From positions 1,024,176 to 1,088,175 of the forward strand of contig OZ241898.1 in NCBI GenBank assembly GCA_965203525.1: DNA of 64,000 nt, given 5' to 3'. Of this stretch, positions 48,654 to 57,452 are shown piece by piece. Position numbers and translations under genes: made by a program. The stretch is from Vicinamibacterales bacterium. GTDB lineage: Bacteria; Acidobacteriota; Vicinamibacteria; Vicinamibacterales; UBA8438. Within the stretch, counting starts at the first letter, position 1, and the number at the start of each line of letters is the position of its first letter. The notes below the pieces were generated by a model, which worked only from the letters and a program-made list of their open reading frames with translations, searched no databases and was not told where the DNA came from.

Positions 48654-49752
48654 GTCGGAGCTGCTTGCCCGCACCGCCGCGCGGGGCGGGTCGGATCTGC
48701 ACCTGACCGCGGGCGCTCCGCCGCAGATCCGCGTGCACGGCGCCCTCGAGCCGCAGGCGGACCTCGAACCGCTGACGCCGGCCGACGCGCAGCGCGTGAT
48801 CTACGGCGGACTGACCGCGGCGCAGCGGCAGCGCTTCGAAGAGACCCGGGAACTCGACGTGGCGTTCGGAATCGAAGGCGTGGGGCGGGTGCGCGCCAAC
48901 GTCTTCCGCCAGCGCGGCTCGGTGGCGGCCGCGTACCGCCTGATTCCGGACCGGATCCAGGATCTGGACCGGCTCGGCCTGCCTCCCGTGGTGGCGGAGC
49001 TGGCCGGGCGTCCGCACGGGCTCGTGCTGGTGACCGGGCCTACCGGCAGCGGCAAGAGCACGACGCTGGCGGCGCTGATCGACCGCATCAACAGGGAGCG
49101 GCGGGGGCACGTGCTGACGATCGAGGATCCGATCGAGCACGTCCACCCCCACCGGCGCTCGATCGTCAACCAGCGCGAGGTGCACGGCGACACGGCCGGC
49201 TTCGAGCCGGCGTTGCGGGCGGCGTTGCGGGAGGACCCCGACGTCGTGCTCATCGGCGAGATGCGCGACCTGGAGACGACCGAGGCGGCGCTGCGGATCG
49301 CCGAGACCGGCCATCTGACCCTGGCCACCTTGCACACGAGCTCGGCGGCGCACGCCGTCGGCCGGGTGATCGACCTCTTCCCCGCGCACCAGCAGCAGCA
49401 GGTCCGTACCCAGCTCTCGCTGGTGCTCGAAGGGGTCGTCTGCCAGGCCCTCGTGCCGGCCGCCGGGGGCCGGGGGCGCGTCTGCGCCGTCGAGGTGCTG
49501 ATCGCCACGCCGGCGATCCGCAACCTGATCCGCGAGGACAAGGCGCACCTGATCTACGCGGCGATGCAGGCGGGCCGGCGGCAGAGCGGCATGCGGACGA
49601 TGACCCAGGCGCTCGCGGCCCTCTGCCGGCAGGGGCGCGTCACGCGGGAGGAGGCGCTCGACCACGCCGCGAACCGCGAGGAACTGGAAGGCCTGCTCGC
49701 CGGCGGGACGGACGAGCCGGGTTGGGCGCCGCGCGGGAGGGCGCTCCGATGA
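48634..49752 (+). CDS. pilT: Twitching motility ATPase PilT
   Basis: GGSDLHLTAGAPPQIRVHG; GPTGSGKSTTLAA; IGEMRDLET...ETGHL...TLHT; AIRNLIRE. Confidence 0.93.
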   Translation: MTAPSILSELLARTAARGGSDLHLTAGAPPQIRVHGALEPQADLEPLTPADAQRVIYGGLTAAQRQRFEETRELDVAFGIEGVGRVRANVFRQRGSVAAAYRLIPDRIQDLDRLGLPPVVAELAGRPHGLVLVTGPTGSGKSTTLAALIDRINRERRGHVLTIEDPIEHVHPHRRSIVNQREVHGDTAGFEPALRAALREDPDVVLIGEMRDLETTEAALRIAETGHLTLATLHTSSAAHAVGRVIDLFPAHQQQQVRTQLSLVLEGVVCQALVPAAGGRGRVCAVEVLIATPAIRNLIREDKAHLIYAAMQAGRRQSGMRTMTQALAALCRQGRVTREEALDHAANREELEGLLAGGTDEPGWAPRGRALR

Positions 49753-50969
49753 CGCAGGCCACCTTCGTCTTCCGCGGCCGCACCCGGCAGGGAGAGCGGG
49801 TGCGCGGGGAACGCCGGGCCGCGTCCGCGGCGGACGCCGTCGCCGCGTTGCGGCGCGAGCAGATTCTGGTGACCGCGATCGACCCGGTCGACCGGAGCGC
49901 CCGGGGGGCGTGGTGGAGGCGGGTCCGCGGAACGGTCCCGGCGCGGAGCCTCGCCGTGTTCACCCGGCAGTTCGCGGTGCTGGTCGACGCCGGACTGCCG
50001 CTGGTGCAGTGCCTGGACGTCCTCGGGAGACAGGAGGAGGACAGGCGCTTCGCCGCGACGATCCGTGCGGTGCGATCCGACGTCGAGGACGGCTCGACGC
50101 TGGCCGACGCGCTGCGCGCCCACCCCCGCTCGTTCGATCCGCTCTACACGAGCATGGTCGCGGCGGGGGAGGCCGGCGGCGTGCTCGACACGATTCTGGA
50201 GCGTCTGGCCGCGCACGTCGAGAAGCACGCCGCCCTGCGGGGGCAGGTCCGCTCGGCCATGACGTACCCCGTGGCGGTTCTCGCCGTCGCCGCCGTCGTC
50301 GTGGGGGCGATTCTCTGGAAGGTCATCCCGACGTTCGCGGCGCTCTTCGAAGGGTTCGGCGCGGTGCTGCCGCTGCCGACGCGGATCGTCATCGCGGCGA
50401 GCGACTCGCTCGCGTTCGCGGCGCCGCTGGCGGGCCTGGGCGCGCTGGGCGCGGCGCTGGCGTTTCGTCGATACTATTCGACGCGCGGCGGCCGGCTGGC
50501 GATCGACGGCGTCGCGCTCCGGCTGCCGGCGCTGGGGGGCGTCGTGCGCCGCAACGCCGTCGCCCGGTTCTGCCGCACCCTGTCGGCGCTGCTCGGCGCC
50601 GGCGTGCCGATCCTCGAAAGCCTGGAGATCACCGCCGGCACGGCCGGGAACGCGGTGGTCGAGGATGCGGTGCTGAATACGCGCGCGGCGATCGAGCGCG
50701 GCGAGCCGGTGGCCGCGCCGTTGCGCGACACGCAGGTGTTTCCGGTGCTGGTGACGCAGATGATCAACGTGGGCGAGACGACCGGCGCCCTGGATGCGAT
50801 GCTGGCGAAGGTGGCGGATTTCTACGAGGAGGAGGTCGATCGGGCCGTCGCCGGCATGACGGCGCTGCTCGAGCCGGTGCTGGTGGCGGTGCTGGGCGTC
50901 GTCGTCGGGGGCATCGTGGTGGCCATGTACCTGCCGGTGTTCGACCTGATCGGCCGGCTGGCGGGATGA
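49749..50969 (+). CDS. pilC: Type IV pilus inner-membrane platform protein PilC (GspF family)
   Basis: Two T2SSF repeats; ...MINVGETTGALDAML...; the ATG overlaps the pilT stop. Confidence 0.9.
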   Translation: MTQATFVFRGRTRQGERVRGERRAASAADAVAALRREQILVTAIDPVDRSARGAWWRRVRGTVPARSLAVFTRQFAVLVDAGLPLVQCLDVLGRQEEDRRFAATIRAVRSDVEDGSTLADALRAHPRSFDPLYTSMVAAGEAGGVLDTILERLAAHVEKHAALRGQVRSAMTYPVAVLAVAAVVVGAILWKVIPTFAALFEGFGAVLPLPTRIVIAASDSLAFAAPLAGLGALGAALAFRRYYSTRGGRLAIDGVALRLPALGGVVRRNAVARFCRTLSALLGAGVPILESLEITAGTAGNAVVEDAVLNTRAAIERGEPVAAPLRDTQVFPVLVTQMINVGETTGALDAMLAKVADFYEEEVDRAVAGMTALLEPVLVAVLGVVVGGIVVAMYLPVFDLIGRLAG

Positions 50970-51007
50970 GAAGCGGACGGGCGACGGAAGCGAAAGGAGA
51001 CGGAACG

Positions 51008-51544
51008 ATGAGACGGACACTGAAGGAACAGGAAGGGTTCACGCTGATCGAGCTGCTGATCGTCGTGGCGATCATCGGCATCATCGCCGCGATCGCCGCG
51101 CCGGGGCTGCTGCGGGCGCGGATGGCGGGCAACGAAGCGTCGGCGATCGGATCGCTGCGGGCGATCAACGGCGCGCAGGCGACCTACGCGGCCAGTTGCG
51201 GCAGCGGCTTCTATGCGCCGACGCTGGCCAACCTGGCGACGCCGCCGACGGTCGGCGGGGGCGGGGACGGGTTCATCGGCACCGATCTGGGCGCCGATCC
51301 GTCGATCAAGAGCAGCTACACGATCACGATGACCGGCGGAGCCGCCGCGACCGGCGCCCCGGCCTCGTGCAACGGCGTGGCCGCCGGCGGGGTGGTCGCC
51401 ACCTACTTCGTGGGGGCCGACCCGAATCCGGGCGGCGGGACGCGCTTCTTCGGAACGAACCAGGGGGCGACCATCTATCAGGCCACGGCCGCCCTGCCCG
51501 TGACCCAGACGGGCGCGCCGGCCGGCGCCGCGCCGATACAGTAG
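51008..51544 (+). CDS. Type IV pilin / pseudopilin with prepilin cleavage-methylation motif
   Basis: Leader MRRTLKEQEG followed by FTLIELLIVVAIIGIIAAIAAP. Two cysteines (ASCGSG and PASCNG). The RBS aaaggaga lies upstream. Confidence 0.88.
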   Translation: MRRTLKEQEGFTLIELLIVVAIIGIIAAIAAPGLLRARMAGNEASAIGSLRAINGAQATYAASCGSGFYAPTLANLATPPTVGGGGDGFIGTDLGADPSIKSSYTITMTGGAAATGAPASCNGVAAGGVVATYFVGADPNPGGGTRFFGTNQGATIYQATAALPVTQTGAPAGAAPIQ

Positions 51545-51666
51545 CGCCGCCCTGGCCGGCCGGCGCTGCGCCGATACGGGGGGCGCCGCCTGGCCGGCCG
51601 GCGCTGCGCCGATACGGGTGCCGTCGCCTGGCCGGCCGGCGCCGCGCCGATGCGGTGGCGCCGCCC
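51514..51666. repeat. Tandem array of a 37-39 bp unit, 3 full copies plus partial ends, seeded in the pilin 3' end
   Basis: Unit cgccgcc(c)tggccggccggcgcYgcgccgatRcgg.g. at 51545, 51584 and 51622. The last 30 nt of the pilin gene (gcgccggccggcgccgcgccgataca) form a zeroth copy. Confidence 0.85.
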
Positions 51667-51783
51667 TTGACGGCGCCGCGAGATGCCTTTACAAGTGGAC
51701 GGGACGGCGGGGGGGACGGCGCGGACCGCCGGAACGGATACGCGCCCGCTTGCGCGGGGGGAAGAACGGGGGGTGGAGGAACG

Positions 51784-53028
51784 ATGACCAGACGGACGCG
51801 GACGTGGATGACGATACTGGCGTGCGCCGGTCTCGCGGCGTCGGCCGCCTCCACCTATGTGCATCTCCGGATGCTCGGCGACCCCGGCTACGCCAGCTTC
51901 TGCGACGTGAACGCCACCGTGAGCTGCTCGCAGGTCTACCAGAGCCGGTACGGCAGCGTGCTCGGCGTGCCGGTGGCGCTCGGCGGCGTCGTCTGGTTCG
52001 CCGCCGTGCTGCTCCTGACGTACGCCGGGGCGCGGGCACCCCGCGCAGCGGCGCCGAACGTCGCCGGATACCTGCTGGTCTGGTCCACGGTCGGGCTCGC
52101 CGTGTCCATGTACATGGCGTACGTCTCGTTCTTCGTGCTCGGGACGGTCTGTCTGCTGTGCGTCGTGGTCTACGTGGCGGCCGCCGGCATCTTCATCCTG
52201 TCCGGCGGGGAGGAGGCCACTCCCGCGCGGCGGCTTCCGGCCGCCGCGGTGGGCGACCTGCGTGTCCTTGCGCGAAAACCGGTCGGGATCGGGCTGCTGG
52301 CGGCCTTCGTCGCCGGCTCGTTCGGTTCGGCCGGCTGGTTCGCCTGGCCGCGGCCGGCACCGGCGCCGGCCGCGGAGTCTTCCGTTGCGCCCCCGCCGGC
52401 GGTGACCGCGGACCAGCGGAGCGAGTTCGAACGGTACTGGGAGGCGGAGGAGCGCGTGGACCTGCCGCTGCCCGCCTCCGCGGACACCGGCGCCGCGGCG
52501 GTGGTCGTGGTCAAGTTCAACGACTACCAGTGTCCTGCCTGCGCCAGCGCGCACCGGGCCTATGCCCCGATCTTCGCCAAGTACGCATCGTCGCATCCCG
52601 GCCAGGTGCGGCTGGTGACGCTGGACTACCCGCTGGATCCGGCGTGCAACGACCAGGCACCGCGCGGCCGGCACCACGGAGCGTGCGCGGGGGCGGTGGC
52701 CGTGCGGCTCGCGGCCGGGCTCGGCGACGCCGCACGGACCGGGATGGAGGACTGGCTGTACGCCAACCAGTCCGGCCTGACCCGCGAGGCGGTCGTGGAG
52801 GCGCTCGCCGAGGTGGCCGGCATCGATCGGGCGCGCTACGACGCGGCCTACGACGAGACGATTCTGGCCGTGCGGACCGACATCGCCCTGGGCAATGACC
52901 TCCCTGTGGAGGCCACGCCCACATACGTCATCAACGGCGTGGTCGTCAAGGGCACGCTGGCCCCGCGCTACTTCGACGCGGCGATCGCCTACGAACTGGA
53001 GCGCGCCGGGCGCGGCCGGGGCGAGTAG
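51784..53028 (+). CDS. VKOR (vitamin K epoxide reductase) - DsbA/thioredoxin-like fusion
   Basis: N-terminal VKOR TM domain with FCDVNATVSCSQV and LGTVCLLCVV. C-terminal thioredoxin fold with YQCPACA. Confidence 0.85.
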   Translation: MTRRTRTWMTILACAGLAASAASTYVHLRMLGDPGYASFCDVNATVSCSQVYQSRYGSVLGVPVALGGVVWFAAVLLLTYAGARAPRAAAPNVAGYLLVWSTVGLAVSMYMAYVSFFVLGTVCLLCVVVYVAAAGIFILSGGEEATPARRLPAAAVGDLRVLARKPVGIGLLAAFVAGSFGSAGWFAWPRPAPAPAAESSVAPPPAVTADQRSEFERYWEAEERVDLPLPASADTGAAAVVVVKFNDYQCPACASAHRAYAPIFAKYASSHPGQVRLVTLDYPLDPACNDQAPRGRHHGACAGAVAVRLAAGLGDAARTGMEDWLYANQSGLTREAVVEALAEVAGIDRARYDAAYDETILAVRTDIALGNDLPVEATPTYVINGVVVKGTLAPRYFDAAIAYELERAGRGRGE

Positions 53029-53056
53029 CCCTCCGGGAACCCCGGCGGACACGGCG

Positions 53057-54016
53057 ATGCCGGCGGTTCGGCTCCGTGCGCTCTCGAAGACGTTCCGCAC
53101 CGGGTTCTGGCGATCCCGCGCGCAGCGCGCCCTCGACGAGGTGTCGCTCGACGTGCCGCCGGGCGCGGTGCTCGGCTATCTCGGGCCGAACGGCGCCGGC
53201 AAGACCACGACGCTGAGGCTGCTGATGCAGCTCGTTCGTCCGACGTCGGGCAGCGCCGAGATTCTGGGCCGTCCGGCCGGCGACGTGGCCGTCCGCCGGC
53301 GAATCGGGTTCCTTCCGGAGTCGGCCCGCTTCGACGATCTCTGCACGGCCGAAGAGTTCCTCGCGTACGTCGGGGGACTGTTCGGCTATCCGCCCGCCGA
53401 ACGCCGCCGGCGGGCTGCGCTCGGGCTCGACCGGGCCGGCATCGGGGCCGAGCGGCGGCGGCGGCTCCGGACGTACTCGCGCGGGATGCTGCAGCGCGTC
53501 GGCATCGCGCAGGCTCTGCTCAACGACCCGGAGGTGGTCTTTCTGGACGAGCCGCTGACCGGCCTCGATCCGCTCGGGCGCCGCGACGTGCGCAACCTCG
53601 TCCGCGCGTTGCGCGAGGAGGGGCGGACGGTGTTCTTCAGCTCGCACGTTCTGAGCGACGCCGAGGCGATCTGCAGTCACGTCGCCATCCTGAACCGGGG
53701 GCGGCTGGCGGCGGCGGGGCGCATCGCGGAGCTGGATCTGAACGTCCGCGGCTGGGAGCTGGTGGTGGCCGGCGCCGTGGAATCGTTGCGGGCGGCGTGC
53801 GGATCGGCCGCGCAACGGGTCGCGCCCGCCACGGATGGCCGCTGCCTGATCGACCTGCCCGCCGAGCCGCCCCCGGAGCGTCTCGTGACCGAGCTGGCGC
53901 GGCGCGGCGTCCGGATCGTCTCGCTGAACCCGCGGCGCGAGACGCTGGAGGACTACTTTCTCAGGCGGGTGACGGAGGACGCGCCGGCGCCCTGCGCGGA
54001 GGGCGTTCGCCCGTAG
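53057..54016 (+). CDS. ABC transporter ATP-binding protein (ABC-2 type partner)
   Basis: GPNGAGKTTTLRLL, YSRGMLQRVGIAQAL, VFLDEPLTGLDP. Confidence 0.9.
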   Translation: MPAVRLRALSKTFRTGFWRSRAQRALDEVSLDVPPGAVLGYLGPNGAGKTTTLRLLMQLVRPTSGSAEILGRPAGDVAVRRRIGFLPESARFDDLCTAEEFLAYVGGLFGYPPAERRRRAALGLDRAGIGAERRRRLRTYSRGMLQRVGIAQALLNDPEVVFLDEPLTGLDPLGRRDVRNLVRALREEGRTVFFSSHVLSDAEAICSHVAILNRGRLAAAGRIAELDLNVRGWELVVAGAVESLRAACGSAAQRVAPATDGRCLIDLPAEPPPERLVTELARRGVRIVSLNPRRETLEDYFLRRVTEDAPAPCAEGVRP

Positions 54017-54038
54017 ATTCGGGCGCGGCGGAACGGCC

Positions 54039-54848
54039 ATGCGGGTCGTCGCGATCATCGCCCGGCACGTTCTCCGGGCGGCCGTGCGGAGCCGGGTCCT
54101 GCACGGCGCCACGCTGCTCGCGCTGGGATTGATGGCCGCGGCGCCGGCCGCCGGCCGGCTGTCCGCCGGCCAGGAAGTGAAGGTCGTCAAGGACTTCGGC
54201 CTCGCCGCGATCAACCTCGGCGGCCTCTTCGTCGCCGTGTACCTGGGCATCCGGCTCCTTGCGCGGGAGATCGAACAGCGGACCGTGGACGTTCTGCTCT
54301 CCAAGCCGGTCCGGCGGCACGAGTTCGTCTGCGGCCAGTACGGCGGACTCGTCGTGACGCTGGCCCTGGCCCTGACCCTGATGACGGCCGGCCTGTTCGG
54401 CGTCCTCGCCGCCGTGGCGTGGCGGGGCGCCGAGGCGGGGTTCGCACCGGGGCCGGCCGCGCCGGTCGTCGATCCGGCCCTGCTGCCGGCGGTGTTCCTC
54501 ATCTTCGCCCAACTGGCGGTGATCGCGGCCGCGGCGCTCTGCTTCTCCACGTTCTCGGGTCCGGCGCCGGCCGCGGTGGCGACCTGCGGTCTCTACGTCA
54601 TCGGCCACTTCGGCGCGGAGCTGCGCAACCTGGGCGACGTCGTCGATTCACGGGTCGCGGCGCTGCTTGCCGCCGGACTGTCGTACGCCCTGCCGGACCT
54701 GGCGTCGTTCGACGTCAAGGCCGCGGTGGTGCACGCGCAACCGGTCACGGCCGGGTACGTGGCGCTGACCGCCGCCGCCGGCGCGGCCTACGCCGCGGCG
54801 TTCCTGGCGCTGGCCCTGGCGATCTTCACGAGGCGCGACCTGACGTGA
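54039..54848 (+). CDS. ABC-2 type transporter permease
   Basis: 269 aa with six predicted TM helices. The REIEQRTVDVLLSKPV motif is typical of the ABC2_membrane family. Confidence 0.7.
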   Translation: MRVVAIIARHVLRAAVRSRVLHGATLLALGLMAAAPAAGRLSAGQEVKVVKDFGLAAINLGGLFVAVYLGIRLLAREIEQRTVDVLLSKPVRRHEFVCGQYGGLVVTLALALTLMTAGLFGVLAAVAWRGAEAGFAPGPAAPVVDPALLPAVFLIFAQLAVIAAAALCFSTFSGPAPAAVATCGLYVIGHFGAELRNLGDVVDSRVAALLAAGLSYALPDLASFDVKAAVVHAQPVTAGYVALTAAAGAAYAAAFLALALAIFTRRDLT

Positions 54849-55822
54849 GCGGTCCGGACGGATCGGTGCGGGCTCGCTGCCGCCGCCCGGCGCGGCTCGC
54901 CGCGGAGCGGTTTTCGTGGAGCCGCCGCGCCGCGGCGCCCGCCGCCGTGATCCTGCTGGTGGCGCTCGGCGCCGGTCTGCAGGCGGCGCGCGGCCGCGGC
55001 CCGGGGAGCGGGTTCGACCCGCCGCGCGCCGGGTCCGCGCCGCCGGCGGAGGTCGTGCGCCGGATGGCGTTGTCGTTCCAGGCGGTCCTGGCCGACCTCT
55101 ACTGGATCCGGGCGGTGCGGCACTACGGCCGGACGAGGCTGTCCGGGGGCGGAGCGCAGGACTACGCTCCGTTGCATCCGCTGCTCGACGCGGCGACGAC
55201 CCTCGATCCCCGGTTCGACGCGGCGTACCGCCTGGGCGCGGTGTTCCTGGCCGAGCCGCCGCCCGGCGGTCCGGGACGGCCGGATCTCGCCGTCGCGCTG
55301 CTCCGCAAGGGGATGGCCGCCGCCCCCGGGCGCTGGCAGTACCTGCAGGACGCCGGCTTCGTGCACTACTGGTGGCTGCAGGACCCGGAGGGGGCGGCGC
55401 ACTGGTTTCAACGCGCCGCGGAGCTGCCCGGCGCGCCCTGGTGGCTCCGGCCGCTGGCCGCGGCCACGCTGGCCGAGGGAGGCGACCGGGCCGGCGCCAG
55501 AGCCCTGTGGCGGCGGGTGCGCGATGCCGCCGATGACGCCTGGATGCGCGGCGAAGCGGCCCGCCGTCTGGCGCAGATCGATGCGCTGGACGCGATCGAG
55601 CGGTACCGGCGCGTGGTCGACCGGTTCCGTGCCCGGACCGGCCGCCCGCCCGCGTCGTGGCGCGCCCTGGTGGCGGCCGGCGACCTGCCCGGCGTTCCCG
55701 TGGACCCGACCGGGGTGCCGTACGAACTGACGCCGTCCGGCGGCGCCGTCGCCCTGTCCCGGCGGTCGGCGCTGTTCCCCCTGCCGGGGAGGAACCGCTT
55801 CCCGGCCCGGCCGGCGCGATGA
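54845..55822 (+). CDS. Hypothetical membrane-anchored helical-repeat (TPR-like) protein
   Basis: The GTG overlaps the upstream stop. One TM helix, then W/Y-rich helical repeats (ADLYWIRAVRHYG..., QDAGFVHYWWLQD...). Confidence 0.5.
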   Translation: MSGPDGSVRARCRRPARLAAERFSWSRRAAAPAAVILLVALGAGLQAARGRGPGSGFDPPRAGSAPPAEVVRRMALSFQAVLADLYWIRAVRHYGRTRLSGGGAQDYAPLHPLLDAATTLDPRFDAAYRLGAVFLAEPPPGGPGRPDLAVALLRKGMAAAPGRWQYLQDAGFVHYWWLQDPEGAAHWFQRAAELPGAPWWLRPLAAATLAEGGDRAGARALWRRVRDAADDAWMRGEAARRLAQIDALDAIERYRRVVDRFRARTGRPPASWRALVAAGDLPGVPVDPTGVPYELTPSGGAVALSRRSALFPLPGRNRFPARPAR

Positions 55823-55921
55823 GCGACCCGTTCTCCGGCCTGCTCGTCCGAGAAAATCGACCGTGATGCCGTTTCGAACATCATGACGCGATGAGCGACC
55901 CGTTCTCCGGCCTGCTCGTCC
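55816..55921. repeat. 34-bp duplication (period 72) of the upstream-stop/pilD-start junction
   Basis: gcgatgagcgacccgttctccggcctgctcgtcc occurs at 55816 and at 55888. Confidence 0.9.
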
Positions 55922-56691
55922 TGCTGTTCGGGCTGGCCGCCGGCAGCTTCCTCAACGTCTGCATCCACCGGTTGCCGCGCGGGGCGTCGGTGGTCGCGCC
56001 GGCGTCCCGCTGTCCCGCCTGCGGGCGGCGCATCCGTTGGTTCGACAACGTTCCGGTCGTCGGGTACCTCGTGCTGCGCGGGCGGTGCCGCGCCTGCCGG
56101 GCGCCGATCGGTGCGACGTACCCGCTCGTCGAGATCGGCACGGCGGTTCTCTTCCTGCTGCAGTGGCGGGCGCTCGGTCCGCAGCCGCTGCTCGCGCCGC
56201 GCCTGCTGTTCACGGCCGCGATGATCGTCCTGTTCGTGGTCGATCTGCGGCACCGGGTGCTGCCGAACGCGGTCACCCTGCCGGGCGTCGCCGCCGGCCT
56301 GTTCTGCGCGCTCTTCCTGGAGCCCGGCTGGTTCGACGCGCTGCTCGGGGCGGTCGCGGGCGGCGGCGCGCTGCTGGCGATCGCGGCAGGCTATTCCCTC
56401 GTCCGCGGACGGGAGGGCCTGGGCCTCGGCGACGTCAAGATGCTCGCCATGGTGGGCGCGTTTCTGGGCTGGCGGCTGGCGTTCGTCACGCTGGCGTGGG
56501 CGTCGCTGCTCGGGGCGGTCGCCGGCATCGGCATGGTGCGGTTCGCCGGGGTCGGCTGGCGGCATCCGCTGCCGCTCGGGTCGTTCCTGGCGTTCGCCGC
56601 GGTCACGGCGTCGCTCGTCGGCGAACCGTTCCTCGACTGGTATTTCGGCGCCGCGGAGCGCCTGCTGGATCGGCTTCTCGGCCCCCTCTGA
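55891..56691 (+). CDS. pilD: Prepilin peptidase / N-methyltransferase (A24 family)
   Basis: GSFLNVCIHRLP....S.V.P.S.CP.CG..I.W.DN.P; catalytic-Asp context GLGDVKMLAMVGAFLGW. Confidence 0.92.
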   Translation: MSDPFSGLLVLLFGLAAGSFLNVCIHRLPRGASVVAPASRCPACGRRIRWFDNVPVVGYLVLRGRCRACRAPIGATYPLVEIGTAVLFLLQWRALGPQPLLAPRLLFTAAMIVLFVVDLRHRVLPNAVTLPGVAAGLFCALFLEPGWFDALLGAVAGGGALLAIAAGYSLVRGREGLGLGDVKMLAMVGAFLGWRLAFVTLAWASLLGAVAGIGMVRFAGVGWRHPLPLGSFLAFAAVTASLVGEPFLDWYFGAAERLLDRLLGPL

Positions 56692-56819
56692 ACCGGGGCG
56701 CGGAGCAGATTCCGCGCGGTCACCATCCGCCCGCGCGCGCGGAATCCGCCGCGTCGGACGGGAACCGGCCGCGGGGACGGGCGCATTCTGCTGGCCCGGT
56801 TCTTGCTTTTTTCGTCGCC

Positions 56820-57440
56820 ATGGCGCGACCCGCGGCCGGCCGTGCGCGCATCGCGACCCGGGCTCCGACCGCGCCGTCAACCCGGTGTCGTCCGGCACGG
56901 TCCGCGGCCGGCTATGCCCTCGTCGAGACGCTGGTGGCGGCCGGCATCGTCGTCGGACTCGCCGCCGGCGTGGCGCAGGTCGCGGTGCTGACCGGCGCGG
57001 CGGTGCGGGCGGGCGGGGCGCAGGGCCGGGCCCTGTTCCTGGCGGTGCAGAAGATGGAGCAGTTGCAGTCGCTCGCCTGGACCTTCGACGCCGCGCTGCA
57101 ACCGGTCTCCGACGAGTCGACCAGCCTGGCGCTCGATCCGCCGGCGCCGGGAGGCCGCGGCCTGCAGGCGTCCGGTCCGCTCGCCGGGCCGCCGGCCGCC
57201 GGCTACGTGGACTACCTGGACCGGGACGGCCGCTGGCTGGGGACCGGCGCGCAGCCGCCGCCCGGCACCGGGTTCGTCCGCCGCTGGTCGGTGACTCCGC
57301 TCACTCCGCCCGATGGCGACCCGCTCCTGTTGCAGGTCGCCGTCGTCGCCACCGGCGTCCGCGGACCGGCCGCGGCCCTGGATCCGCGGCCGAACGATCC
57401 GGGCGTCACGTGGCTGGCCACGGTGCGCGTTCGCCGTTGA
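56820..57440 (+). CDS. Minor pseudopilin-like protein
   Basis: Long basic leader followed by GYALVETLVAAGIVVGL (prepilin-type hydrophobic N-terminus). Confidence 0.6.
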   Translation: MARPAAGRARIATRAPTAPSTRCRPARSAAGYALVETLVAAGIVVGLAAGVAQVAVLTGAAVRAGGAQGRALFLAVQKMEQLQSLAWTFDAALQPVSDESTSLALDPPAPGGRGLQASGPLAGPPAAGYVDYLDRDGRWLGTGAQPPPGTGFVRRWSVTPLTPPDGDPLLLQVAVVATGVRGPAAALDPRPNDPGVTWLATVRVRR

Positions 57441-57452
57441 GACCCGCCGGCC

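Noticed and set aside
51545-51660. Possible CRISPR array (regular ~38-bp repeats)
   Set aside because: The units are directly adjacent with no unique spacers, and no cas genes are nearby. It is a simple tandem repeat.
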